IMG/VR virus record: IMGVR_UViG_3300024272_000034
Origin: a virus
Length of the DNA stretch: 64,000 bases
Reading direction: 5' to 3' (one strand)
Part shown: in pieces, positions 1 to 12,872 of the stretch
Layout of the letters: each line of letters begins with the position of its first letter
How positions within the stretch are numbered: the stretch's first letter is position 1
Program-made: the position numbers and the translations under genes
The notes under the pieces: generated by a model
What the model was told of the DNA's origin: nothing
The model's input: the letters and a program-made list of their open reading frames with translations, nothing else
Databases searched by the model: none

Positions 1-2
1 CT

Positions 3-773
3 GGTGCAGGACTTATTGAAGGTTCTAAAGATGTTAAGATTCAAGTCCATGTAGCAGAGCAGACTGACAAGACATATGTTACCAGTGAAGGTGATGCTTT
101 AATTATTACTGAACAAGTAATTTCTAAAGACCCTGATGCTAGTATCTATGTAATGGTTATGAAAGATGGCGAGATTGAGACCGAGCCTTTTGTTGGAACT
201 ATTTTAGATGCTGAAGGAACTTTTGAAGCAGTTAATGTCACTGAAAAGGAACAGGCAGAAATCACAGCAGCTATTGCGGCAGGTAGAGCAATTGTAATTG
301 AGGATATTGCTGACCCAGCTTATACTCCTAATCCTACTGATGTTACTACTGAGGATGTTGATAGTGGTTATACTGAAAAGATTCGTGGTTTCTACGATGG
401 CGCAGTTGTAATGGTTGACTATTATACTGAAAAGGGTAAGGGTGCTCAGCAAATTGAAATTACTCCTGATAAGTTCGGTGGTAACTATTATCTTGAGGCT
501 TCTACTTTATTCCGTGATACTAATGGTGTAGATATGCCTGCTGAGTTTATTATTCCTAACTGTAAGATTCAGTCTAACTTTACCTTTACTATGGCTAGTT
601 CCGGTGACCCATCTACATTTACATTTACTATGGACGCATTCCCGGATTACACTCGTTTTGATAAGACCAAGAAAGTTTTGGCTGCTATCCAGATTATCAA
701 CGAGACTCAGAATGAGGAAGTATATCGTAGCAGAACTATTCATGACCCTGCTCACGATGCTATTTTAGGCTAA
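3..773 (+). CDS. putative major tail (tube) protein, 5' partial (continues upstream of window)
   Basis: Frame 3 is open from position 3 through the TAA at 771-773. It lies two small genes upstream of the tape measure gene. The protein is acidic and beta-rich with a TFTFTM repeat. The functional call rests on synteny only. Confidence 0.45.
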   Translation, partial: GAGLIEGSKDVKIQVHVAEQTDKTYVTSEGDALIITEQVISKDPDASIYVMVMKDGEIETEPFVGTILDAEGTFEAVNVTEKEQAEITAAIAAGRAIVIEDIADPAYTPNPTDVTTEDVDSGYTEKIRGFYDGAVVMVDYYTEKGKGAQQIEITPDKFGGNYYLEASTLFRDTNGVDMPAEFIIPNCKIQSNFTFTMASSGDPSTFTFTMDAFPDYTRFDKTKKVLAAIQIINETQNEEVYRSRTIHDPAHDAILG

Positions 774-778
774 TTTAA

Positions 779-988
779 ATGATTATCCATTCTAGTAGAG
801 CTACCAAGCTTGCGCCAGTGGCTTCTCCCAAGCAGCCTGAGGCTCAGCCTAAAGTGGAGAAAAAGCCTGAACGCAGACGTAAAGAAAAACAAAATCATAT
901 TGAAGTAGCTGAACAGTTACCAGTAGCTGAAAAGGCGAAGAAGATTTTGGAAGAAATAGAAGAAGAAGTTAAAAGTGAAAATGAATAA
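779..988 (+). CDS. small Lys/Glu-rich hypothetical protein (69 aa)
   Basis: ORF directly after the tail gene, followed by a hairpin terminator. Confidence 0.4.
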   Translation: MIIHSSRATKLAPVASPKQPEAQPKVEKKPERRRKEKQNHIEVAEQLPVAEKAKKILEEIEEEVKSENE

Positions 989-993
989 AATAA

Positions 994-1030
994 GGGAAGA
1001 GATAGAAATATCTCTTCCCTTATTTTTATT
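994..1030 (+). terminator. rho-independent terminator
   Basis: GGGAAGAGA-loop-TCTCTTCCC hairpin followed by a T run. Confidence 0.6.
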
Positions 1031-1048
1031 TAAAAGGAGGTTTAAGGA

Positions 1049-2158
1049 ATGAAATTCAATTCATCAGATAATTTATTAAACAAATTAAAGGAAACTAGTG
1101 AAGGAGCAAAACTTGCTAACACCGTTGATGAAATACATAAGTTATTATCTCATATAGGTAATAAAGGGGATGAGACTATAGCTTAGAGGGCTTCTGATTT
1201 TTTAACTTGGCTTTTATTTAATAAATCTATGAAGAATAAACTTTATCTTAGTGATGCAGTAAGAAATCAGTTATTAGAAAATCCTATAATTTTAGATGTA
1301 GTTAATTTTTTTAAGCAAAGCTCTTCAACAAGTCAAAATATTCAACAAAATCTTGCAAATTATAATGAAACCTTTTTGGGTGATTTCTACAATCAAAGAG
1401 GTATTACAACTGAACAAATGTTTGTAAAACTTATAAATAATTTTATTGTAAATGGTGAAAAAATTCAACATAGTGGAAATGATTAGGCTACTGTTTGGTT
1501 ATCTTCATTAGCAAAATATCTTGTTCAAGAGGGTGCTAATGAATTAGATAACTCATTCAAAAATTTGGTTAATGAATCAAATTTAATTAAAGAAAATAGA
1601 AAATTACGTTTTGCTTATAGAGATGTAAAAATAGATACAAGGTCTAACAATCCAAATGCAACAATTTAGTTTGGAGTTGAAGATGAAAAATTATAGGGTG
1701 ATTTACAAGCTGTATATTCAGTATTTTCTAGTGCAACAATTAAATCCAAAAATGATTTAAAAAATATTGATTTAGAGGAAGTAAATATTTTAAAAGCATA
1801 TTCAGCTTTTATCAATTATGCTCGTGGTAAAATTCCGCAATCAGAAATTAAAAATTTATTTGTTAGATATTATAAAGATAATAATGATGATTTTGTACAT
1901 AATCCATATATAACTTTACATATTAATCATATTATTTCAGTATATGCATTAACTGGTATGGGAACCACATTACAATCAGATTTAAATAGTATGCTTAAAG
2001 GTGCTCGCTATATAGTTGTTGTTGATAATATAAAATAGAAAGTAATTATTCATTCTACTCATGAAATCATTAATAAGATTTTATTAACAAAAAAATATAG
2101 CAAAAATATAGTGACAAATATTCAATTGAATTTAACAAGCAAAAGCTTGACAAAATAA
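1049..2158 (+). CDS. hypothetical protein, tail assembly chaperone candidate (369 aa with TAG read as sense)
   Basis: RBS AAAGGAGG upstream. The track ORF 1229..1486 and its flanks are in one frame, interrupted only by in-frame TAG. It ends at TAA 2156-2158. It lies between the major tail and tape measure genes. Confidence 0.5.
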
Positions 2159-2175
2159 AAAATTTTTGGTATAAT
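2147..2175 (+). promoter_or_regulatory. sigma-A type promoter TTGACA-N17-TATAAT
   Basis: Exact consensus -35 and -10 hexamers with a 17-nt spacer, upstream of the gene at 2205. Confidence 0.55.
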
Positions 2176-2204
2176 AATAAAAAAGAGTTAAAGGAGAAAA
2201 TAAT

Positions 2205-2729
2205 ATGGCAAAATTAGCATTTTCAAAACTTGGTTTAAAAGCCAATCAAGAAACTACTGTTATTTAGATTGATGAATACGATGTAGAAATTAAAAATTAT
2301 TTACCTATTAATGATAAGTTAGAATTAATTACGAATGTAATTAATAATTCAATTGATGAACATAATTATATGAATCCTGTTAAAGTAGATATGTATACTG
2401 AATTGGAAATTGTTGAGAAATATACTAATCTTACTTTTACTGATAAACAGAAAGAAGATATTGAAAAGTTATATGATTTACTTAAAGGAAATGGTATTAT
2501 TTTCAAGGTGTGTAATGCTATTCCAATAGAAGAGATTATGGAATTGCGCAACGCAATTAATCGGTCAGTAGATTCAGTTTATACATATCGTAATTCTGTG
2601 CTTGGTATTCTTGAGACAATTTCTACTGATTATTCAAATTTAGATTTTAATGCTACTGAAATACAGAAGAAGTTGGCAGACCCGCAGAACATGGAGTTAC
2701 TTAAGTCTGTATTAACCAAATTAGGCTAA
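2205..2729 (+). CDS. hypothetical protein, second chaperone candidate upstream of the tape measure gene (174 aa, 1 in-frame TAG)
   Basis: RBS AAAGGAGAAAA precedes the ATG. It is in frame with track ORF 2370..2729 across one TAG. Confidence 0.5.
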
Positions 2730-2767
2730 TAATATAACCTATTTTTTTAAAAAGAAATAGGAATAAT

Positions 2768-2800
2768 CGGATGTGAGAGATTGTTCTCACATCCGATTTT
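2768..2800 (+). terminator. rho-independent terminator
   Basis: CGGATGTGAGAG-ATTG-TTCTCACATCCG hairpin followed by TTTTTTATTTT. Confidence 0.65.
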
Positions 2801-2840
2801 TTATTTTGAACGAAAAGAGTGAAAGGAGTAATTATATATT

Positions 2841-5800
2841 ATGGCTCAATAGAGATTTGATTTTACATTAGGTATAAAAGCTGATACAAGTCAAGCCGAA
2901 TAGAAAATGAATGAGTTGGCTAATTCTTTGAAAAAAATTGCGTCAAATCCTCCATCTTTATTAGATGATTAGGATTTAAAAGATGCTACGAAATCAGCGC
3001 AAGAATTAGAAAAACATTTGTCTAAAGCTGTAAATGTAAATACTGGTAAATTAGATTTATCAAAATTTTCAAAAAGTTTATCCTCTGCTGGATAGGATTT
3101 AACATATTTTTAGAAAAATTTATCTAAACTTGGCGTAGAAGGTGAGTAGGCATTTTTAAAACTTGCTGAAAATATTGCTATGGCTGAAGTGCCAACAGTG
3201 CGTTTAAATAATCATTTAAAGAATTTTTTAGATGAATTAATTAAAGTCGGACGTTGGCAATTGAGTTCTAATATTATGCACGGACTGTAGGGAGCCATTT
3301 AGACTGCTTATGGTTATGCGCAAGATTTAAATGAATCATTAACAAACATTAGAATTGTTACTGGTTAGACTACAGATGAAATGGCTAAATTTGCGTTAAG
3401 AGCAAATGATGCGGCAAAAGCTTTAAGTACAACTACTACTAACTATACAGATGCGGCATTAATCTTCTATCAGCAAGGTCTTGCGGAAGATTAGGTTGAA
3501 GAGCGCACAAACACAACAATTAAAATGGCTAATGCTACTGGTGAAAATGTTACAAAGATATCTGACCAATTAACTGCGGTTTGGAATAACTTTGATAATG
3601 GTACCAAGCCATTGGAATATTATGCTGATGTTATGACTGCGTTAGGTGCGGCAACTGCTTCTAGTACTGATGAAATCGCTGAAGGTATTGAAAAGTTTGC
3701 TTCAATTTCTGAAATGATTGGTTTAAGTTATGAGTATGCGGCTTCCGCGCTTACGACCGTAACAGATGTCACTCGTCAAAGTGCCGATGTAGTAGGTACT
3801 GCATTTAAAACGATTTTCGCACGTATTTAGGGTTTAAAACTTGGTGATACATTAGAAGATGGTACATCTTTAAATAAATACTCATAGGCTCTTGCTTCTG
3901 TTGGTATTTCTATTTTTGATTAGAATCAACAATTAAAAGATATGGATGATATCCTTGATGAGATGGGCGCTAAATGGTCATTACTTAGTAGAGACTAGCA
4001 AGCTGCGCTCGCGCAAACTGTTGCTGGCGTAAGACAGTACAATCAGCTTGTATCTCTTATGAATAACTGGGATTTCTTTAAATAGAATGTAAATGTAGCA
4101 AAAGGTTCTGAAGGAACTTTAACTGAACAATCAGCTATTTATGAAGAAAGCTGGGAAGCATCTTTAAAGAGAGTTAGAGCTTCTGCTGAAGGTATTTATG
4201 ATAGTTTAATTGATGAAGAATTTTTTATTAAGATTAATGATATTTTTGCTAAATTATTAGAAGGAATTAATGGAGCAATAGATGGTATTGGCGGATTTGA
4301 AGGAATTTTAAAAACTTTAGGTAGTGTATTTATGTCTTATTTTGCTTCTAAAATGCCGAAAGCATTATCAGGCATAAGCAATACTTTTAGTATTATTACT
4401 GGAAAAGCTTTAAGAGATACTTAGAAAATACAATAGGAAAGTATTAATAGTTTATCTAAAATGCGTCCTGATGCTACTAATGCTGAAAAAATTTAGCAAG
4501 AAGGATTGAAAAAAGTTGCTATTTTAAAGCGTGAATTAACTAATATTTCTAATAAATTAACTGAAGAAGAAAAAGAAGAAAATTAGAATAGAATATAGCA
4601 AACCGCAGATATTTATGCTAATGCTGCTGCCATTGAAAAAGAAGCGGCAGAATTAAGAAAACTTAATGAAGAAAAAATTAAAAGTTCTTCTAATCAAATT
4701 ACAAACGAAGCTTTCGGATTTAGAGAAACTATTGCTGAAGATCAAAATCAAATAAATACATTAAGTTAGATATAGAATAGAACAAAATTAGATGATTCAA
4801 GATTAGATAAAGCTACTTCACGAGTTAATGAATTAACTGAGCAATTTTTTAAATTAAAAGATGCTATGGATGAAGTTATAGAATCTAAACAAATAGCTTT
4901 TGATAAAAAAGATTGGGAAGAATTTTCTAATATGGGAGAATTATTAGATTTTGATAGTAGAGAATCTAAAGAGTATTTCCAATATGTTGGAGAAGGAATT
5001 GATTAGTTAAAAGCAAAATATATTGATTTTAGAAAACAAGAGTAGTAGTATGAATATTTAAAAAATAAAATAGATATTAATAAAGCAGCTTGGACTGCTC
5101 CTGATTTTAATTTATCTTTGGATGAAGCAAAAAATTCTATTTCACAATATTTAAGACAAATAGATGAATTAAAAAAATAGGGATTTGTTTAGTTAGATAT
5201 AGATACAACAGAGTTGTAGTCAAAATTGAAATCAACTGATGTAACTGTTGAGGATTTACAAAAATCATTTATTTCTTTTTTAAATAATTTATCAAATAAA
5301 GCTTCAAAAACTTCTACAAGTTTTTCAAAAGATGGCGATAAGATTCATAGTGCATTATTAAAAATTTTAACTCCTTTAATGGGTGATAAAAGTCAAGCTG
5401 AAAAAGCAATTGAAGGTCTGCGCACAAAATTAGCAGAATTAACAGAAGAAGAAATGGATTCTGTTTTACGCACAACTGGAATGTTATCGGAAAGAGTAGA
5501 TGAACTTCCAAAACATGCTTATAAAGCCTCAGAAGCTATAATGGAACTTGGAAGTGCTTTAATGTCTTTAAATTCTTTTATGAATTCTGTTAGTAGTACT
5601 ACTCAAATACTTGAAGATAATACTGCTTCTATGGCTGATAAAATAGGAGCTGTTGTTGGAGCAGCTTCTACTGGAATTTTTACTTTTAATTAGACTAAAT
5701 AGGCAATGATTGCTGTTGTTGGAGCTGTAAGTAAATTTGCGGGAGCGGCAACTACAGCCGCCAAAAGTGGAGCTGCTTTATCGGGAATTTTAAGTAAAGG

Positions 5801-8800
5801 TTTAGCTGCTATTGGTGGCCCTACAACTTTAATTATTGCAGGTATTACTGCAGCAATAATGGGGTTAGTTGGCTTTTTAGGTACTAAATCAGCTGAAGCT
5901 GAAAAAGAATTAGAAGAAATTGAAAGAAAAACAGAAGAGCTTAATAATAAAATTTCAGAACAGTATACAGAAATTGAAACTAATAATGAATTAATTGAGT
6001 CTTATGAAAAATTATTAAATACTTATAAACTTACAGGTGAAGGAAAAGATTAGCTAGATATAAAAGCTAAAGAATTAGCTGAGGCTTTTAGAATTGAAGG
6101 ATCGGCTTTAGCAACTTTAACTGGTTAGTATGCTGATTATGAAAATTTATTAAATAAAGCTAAAAATAAATCTTATAATAATGTTAATGAACAAATTAAT
6201 TTAGTCCAAAATAAAAGAAATAGTAGTATAAAAGAATTTAATGATATTATTCAAGCTAAAAAGCATACTGATGATGTTGGGCATATAATGAGTAATCTTT
6301 CTTAGATTTCTTTATTTTCACTTAATGATGTTAATCGTAATTATGGCACTAAAAATGAATCTTCAAACGGAGATATGGCTGCTTTTAGAATTATTGATGA
6401 TTATTTAACAAAAAATAATTTAGGAGAAATTGGTAATAAAAATAGAAAAAATGGTACTATAATGACAGCTGAATTATTAGTTTCAGATATGGAAGAAGCT
6501 GTTAAGTTATTTGAATAGTTAGAAAATGAATTATTACCACAAGTAAAAGCTGTTAGTAACGGTCAAGAGACTAAAGAATTTGAAGAAAAAATTAAAAGTG
6601 CTAGAGAAGTTTTGTCAAAATATGTGGCATCAGATTAGGAATTAAAAGGTTTAGAATTAGCTTATAGTTTTAAAGATAAAGATTTTGAATCATTTGAAGA
6701 ATATAATAATTTAATAATTGAAACAGAAAATCGTTTAAAGAGCTGGGGATTTAGTACAAGTGAAATTGAATCTACAATTAATACTGCAATAAATTTAATT
6801 CCAGATTTAAAAATAAAACAATATGAAGAGTTAAGAGAAGTTGTAGAAACTTTATTATCTAATGGAGCTGGTAAAGGCATTACTGAAGGATTTTTAGGGC
6901 AATTATTTAGTGATGCTGAAAAAGGTGTTGGAATTTATGATAAATTAACTCTCGCTTCTTTAAATTGGTCAGTTTTAACAATTGATAATTGGGAGAAAGC
7001 TGCTAGTGCAGTTTAGAATTATACAAATGCAATTAAAGATGCCACTAATGCTCAAGAATTAAGGGATAGTGCTAAAAATGCTTTATCTTTATTAGAAGAT
7101 GGTTTAACTGAAAAAGAAGGCGAAGAGTTAAAAGGACTTATAGATTGGGGTAATGAAGAAAAAGGTATAGTTGAATATACTGAATTCTTAAAAATGAACC
7201 TTGAAGAGCAAAAGTCCTATTTGGAAGATTTTGCTAATATTAATTTATTTGAAAGATGGACCGATGAAATTCAAACTTCTAAAGATTTAATTGAATAGCA
7301 AAAATTACAGTTAGAAGATACAAAAAAAATATTAAAAAATGATTTATTATCTGTTTTAGATAGTGATGGTAGTTATCAGCAAGGTAATTACAGAAAAGTT
7401 TATGAATTATATGATTTAGATAAATGGTTTGAAAGTGAACAAGCTTTTGTTGATGCAATTTCTAACCCTAAAATGTTAGATAAATTGCTTAATAATCAAG
7501 ATTTTCTTATTACTATTGGCATTGATGAAGCTGAACTTATTCAAAATGCTGAAAATACTATTAATTCTGCTGAAGAATCTTTAGAATTAGAATTAAATAC
7601 TACTCCATCTGAACATTCTATAAAATATTTATTAGATGAAATTGAATCTCTTGAAACAGAATTAACAGTTAAAGCAAATACTTTAGAAGCAGATGAAATC
7701 CTTGATGAATTATTAGATAGACAATATCAATTAGATGTCCATGTTAATGCCGTTTTAGGTCAAGAACTTGATAAAAATTTAGAAAAGATAAAAAGTTTTA
7801 GTGATACTTTATCTCTAATTGGGGAAAATTATTAGGTTAGTGCAGATAATCTTCATGCTTTAGAAGCAGTAATTCCTGGAATTACTCAAAAATTAACTGT
7901 AAGTCAAGAAGGATTAATTTAGCTTCATAAAACTGAGGCAATTGCGGCAATTGAAAATACTAAAGCAAATACAATTAGTTCAAAAACAAAAATTTAGAAT
8001 CGTATTGATGAATTAAATGTAACAAAAACAGCTGCTGAAGCTGCTTAGAAAGCAATTCAAGCTGAAATAGATAAAAACTTAAAAGATGAAGAGACTCGTA
8101 CTAATGCTGTTAATAAAATGGCTGAAATTAGAGCCAATTATCAAAAAGCAACTAATGAAGGTGTAGCAGCAGATTATGCTAAAACATCAGCAGAAATGTC
8201 AGAAGATAGTGATGACAATATGGAAAATGATGTTGAAAATGCTAGTATTTCCACAGCTGCTTATGTAGAAAAATTCATTGCTTTACATGCTAATACTGAA
8301 AACTATAAACAAGAATATTTAAAATTTGTTGAAACTATGCTTTTAGCTGATTAGGCTGCTTTAGCTGGAGATCCTGTAGCTTTAAGTGCTTTATTAGGTA
8401 ATGTATAGGCTGTAAAAGATTTAGGTGGTACTGCAGAATAGATTGCTTAGGCAGAATTAGTAGCTAATGAAATGAAATTAACGGCTTCTGAAAAAGGGCA
8501 AGTTATCTAGTATAATGCTGCTATTGTTTAGAATAAAATCAATGATGAAGGCAAATTTGATTTTTCTGGTACGAGAAATGATGAAACTGGAAAAACAATA
8601 AAAGAATCTGAAGAAACGAAGAGAAAAACAGAAGATTATTTAAATAATTTAGCAAAAGAATATGCAAAATTAAATGAAGATACTGCTAACGAATTTTTAC
8701 AAAATCACTATGATTATTATGGTTCAATTATAACTTCTAGTGATGAAGCAATTGCTAAATTAAATATTGATTTAGCTGAAGAAACGGCAGCTCTTAATTC

Positions 8801-11800
8801 TTTAGATTAGATGATAGTAAATATAAAAAATGGAAAAAGTGCTACCGGAACCTCTTCACAATCTTCTGAAACTTTACAAGAAACAGTTAAAGAACATAAC
8901 CCTTATCAAAATGTTGATAATACTATTGAAGCTATTAATCTAAAATTAGAAGAATAGAAAGCTATAACTGAAAATTTAGAAAAAGGCACTGAAGAACATT
9001 TAGCATCTTTAGAAAATGAGCGCTTATTAACAGCAGAAATTGGTAAATATCAACAAGAGAAACTTAATATTGCTGAAAATGAATTAGCTACTTTAGAATA
9101 GAAATTATCTCAATTTGGAGCAGAATATGACCCATTAACTAGAAAAATTGTTAATTATGATGAAATAGTTAATGCTAAAGCAAGAGAAGTTGATAAATTA
9201 AATAAAGAACTTGCGGCCGCTTCTGGTCCTGAAAAAGAAAGATTATAGGAGCAAGTAAATGCTGCTGAAAAGCTTTATAATAATGTTAAAGAGTTAGCTG
9301 ATGAACATAGCAATACTGTTGATATTATTAATGATACTACTACTGCTTTAAGAGAAAATGGTTAGGCTATTGAAGATAATATAAAAACACAGGAAGAGTT
9401 TAATAAAGAATTACAAAAAGCAAGAAAAGAAGTAGAAAAAACAAATAAAGAAATTCAAGAAACCATTGATAATCTTAAAGATGAAGTAGATATTTACCAT
9501 CAATTAAATCATGAATTAGATAAGTAGAATGAAGAATTAGATAGATTAAGTAAATTAAAAGATTCTTTATATGGTGAAAATCATATAAAAGCAGCTAAAT
9601 AGGAATTAGAAGTTGTAAAACAAACATAGAAAACATATGAAGATTTACTTGATACTACATTAGATGACCTTGAAAATGCTATGGGTAAAGCTACTGTACA
9701 TTTTGATACTAAAATTGTATATGATGAAGATGGAGCAATTTTAAATTATCAAGAGTTACAGGAAGAATTAGTTCGTAAAGCTGAAACAGCTGCTAATGAT
9801 TTAACAGCTGCTAACATTCATTCTTTAACACTGCCTGAAGAATAGCGCGAGGAATATTTAAAACCATATCAAGATGCTTATGATAATGCTTTAGCTGCTT
9901 AGAAAGATGGATAGGATGCTATTAATAAAGTTCATGATTTAAGAGATTAGGCTTATAATTATGGACAGCAAGCAAGAGATAGTTTCTATAAAGGTTTAGA
10001 CCTTTAGGCTGAATTATGGGATTATAAATTTAATCTTTAGATTGAAATCAATGATAATGATTTGGAAGAATTAGAAAAGCAATTAGAAAAGATTGAAGAT
10101 AAAGGCTATGAAATGTCTGAAGCAATAGCTTTAATTAATACAGATTTTAGAAGTCTTTATGAAAATAATTATACATATTTACAAAGTGAAATTGATAATT
10201 TATAGAGTATGTATAGTGCTGGAGAAATTACAGAAGAAGCATATATAGAAAGATTAAAGAAAATCCAAGAAGAAGCCAAAGAAGCAGCGAATGAACTTGA
10301 AGAACTTGATGAAAAAGTATATGAATATTATGGCATTACATTAGAGAAAGCTAATGAAGAATTAGAATTCTATATCAAGTAGATGGAACATGCAACTGAG
10401 GTATTAGACCACTATAAAAATATTATTGAATTGGTTAATGGTGAATACGATTATGAGCGTTTAGGTATCGTTCTTGAGGGTTAGGCACATAATCTATAGA
10501 ATGAAATGGAAGTTGCTGTTAAATGGTTTGAGACCTTAGATGCGGAAAAAGCTGCAATTGAAGCTGAGTTAGCTAATCCTGGCATATCTGATGAATAGCG
10601 TGAAAAATTAAAAGAAGCTTATGAACCTATTTATGAAGCTTGGATGGAAGCACATGATGAAATGTTATCTAAAACTACTGAATGGGTTGAAGCAACTAAA
10701 GCAGTTATGGAAAATACTATGGCAAAAGCTGCTAGAGATTTAGAGATGTCTTTCACAGATGGCGTAGGTTTTGATGCCTTAAACGATTCTATGGATAGAT
10801 TAAATGAATATTCTGATATTTATTTAACTAAAACTAATCAAATTTATGAAGTTCAGAAAATGATGCGTACTGCTCAACAAGCCGCAGATAAAACCGACAA
10901 TGCTTCATCTAAACAGAGATTGAAAGCATTTATGGACGAACTGGGAGATTTACAAGAGAAAAATAAATTAAGTAATCTTGAATTAGAAATTGCGCAAAAG
11001 AAATATGATTTACTTGAAGCACAAATTGCTCTTGAAGAAGCTCAAAATGCTAAATCTACAGTTAGATTACAAAGAGATTCTGAAGGTAATTTTGGTTATG
11101 TATATACTGCTAATTAGGAACAAGTTGCTGAAGCTGAAACGCAAGTATATGAAGCAGAGCAAGAGTTATATAATTTAGCATTAGAATCTGCCAATGATTA
11201 CGCATAGAAGCGTATTGAATTGCAGCAATCATTATATGACGATTTAGTTGAGTTAGAAGAAAATCGTGTTGCTGGTATGTATGCAACTGAAGAAGAATAT
11301 AATAAAGCTCGTGAATAGCTGATTAAAGAATATAATGATTTATTTATTGCTTATGAGGATTAGTATAATTTAGCAATTGAAGCTGATGGTTATTTAAGAG
11401 TTTAGATTGCTGAAAGACATAATAAACAACAATTATCTGATACTGTTGGATTTTTAGATGAATCCACATAGAATATTCTTGAAACAACTACATTACAGCA
11501 AGAAACATGGATTACTCATTTTGATAATATTTTAGAAAAAACTCGTGGATGGCGTAATGATACCAATAGTGAATATGATTAGTCTGCTATTGATGCTTCT
11601 GAATGGTTAACAGCAACGCAAGGATATTTGAAAACTTGTGAAGATTCTTATAAAACTTGGTAGACTACAGTTACTGAACAAAATAAATATGTTTAGGAAG
11701 CTTTAGTTCATACTCAGGGAGAAACTGATAAATTAACTACTGAAAGTGATGAATTAAAAACAGCTTTAATTGGTGAAGATGGAAATGGTGGTCTTGTAAA

Positions 11801-12761
11801 AGCTCTTGGAGATGAATTATAGAAAGTTAGAGAGTTAATTACAGAATATGCTTTACAAAGTAATGGATTAGATATTTTAGCTGAAAAATATGAATCTTTA
11901 AGAGGTCAAATTGATAGTTTAATTTCATCAATTAATAGTATTCCTGATTGCGCTGAATGGTGTGTAAAAACATATGGAGATGGCGGAATGGGAGGAGGAG
12001 ATACTGGAGGTAATTTCCCAGTTGATCCTGACCCAGTTTTTTCATCTGATGATGATGATAGTAAATTTGGTTGTGGTGATCATACTGCTACAACAGCAGA
12101 TGATATTAAAGATACATCAATAACATCAAATACTAATAAAAATTATGCTGTAGAATCTGCTAAATATTGGAAAGGTCAACAAAGTATTGGAGAAGCTGCT
12201 GCTAATTTAGGAATTTCTGTTAGTGAAATGAATAAAATAAATATGGCTTTAGCGGGTTAGACTGAAAATTGGAATGGTACTAAAATTTTCACTGAAGAAT
12301 TTGCTGATTAGAATTTATCTGATGATTATGAAAGAACTCAAAAAAGTGGATTTGATGAAATTATTAATAATCAACAATCTGCTGCTAATGTAAATAAATG
12401 GCTTATAGATGAAGGTATAGCAACTGGTGCCACAGGCATGTATACTGGGGCTTGGGGTCCAGAAGGTAGATTAGCGTTATTGCATGAAAAAGAATTAGTA
12501 TTAAATAAAGAAGATACTAAAAATTTCTTACATGCAACCGATATTTTAAGAAGTATATCTGATGTAATAGATTTACAAGCTATGTCAAATCAATTTAATA
12601 CTTTATCTGCTAGTATCTATTCTGGTTCTTCTGGAATATTAGAACAATCAGTTCATATAGAAGCTAATTTCCCGAATGTATCTGATAGGAATGAAATTGA
12701 AGAAGCGTTTAATAATCTTATTAATACAGCTTCTCAATATGCGAATCGTAAAACTATATAA
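2841..12761 (+). CDS. tape measure protein, 3306 codons, with dozens of in-frame TAG codons read as sense
   Basis: All nine >=60-aa ORF fragments between 2841 and 12761 share one frame. The first ~2.4 kb was translated by hand and the only stops are TAG, about 29 in 795 codons. The protein is E/K/Q-rich coiled coil with the hydrophobic segment MIAVVGAVSKFAGAATTAAKSGAALSGILSKGLAAIGGPTTLIIAGITAAIMGLVGFLG. A LysM-like stretch lies near the C-terminus. It ends at TAA 12759-12761. Confidence 0.8.
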
Positions 12762-12766
12762 ATTAT

Positions 12767-12797
12767 AGGGGTCTGATAATTCAGACCCCTTATTTTT
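12767..12797 (+). terminator. rho-independent terminator after the tape measure gene
   Basis: GGGGTCTGA-ATAAT-TCAGACCCC hairpin followed by TTATTTTTATT. Confidence 0.7.
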
Positions 12798-12816
12798 ATT
12801 GGACTAGATTTATTAG

Positions 12817-12845
12817 TTGACTTTAGCAAAAAATTAAGTTATAAT
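12817..12845 (+). promoter_or_regulatory. sigma-A type promoter TTGACT-N17-TATAAT
   Basis: Near-consensus hexamers with a 17-nt spacer, 28 nt upstream of the ATG at 12873. The RBS AAGGAGA is at 12858. Confidence 0.55.
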
Positions 12846-12872
12846 AGAATATGGAGAGAAAGGAGATTGGTT

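Noticed and set aside
204-755. Minus-strand ORFs 204..452 and 507..755, and similar antisense ORFs (5314..5511, 15705..15920, 26293..26514, 46748..47321, 52041..52304).
   Set aside because: They are antisense to well-supported genes, low-complexity, and lack RBS. They are typical spurious ORFs in AT-rich DNA.
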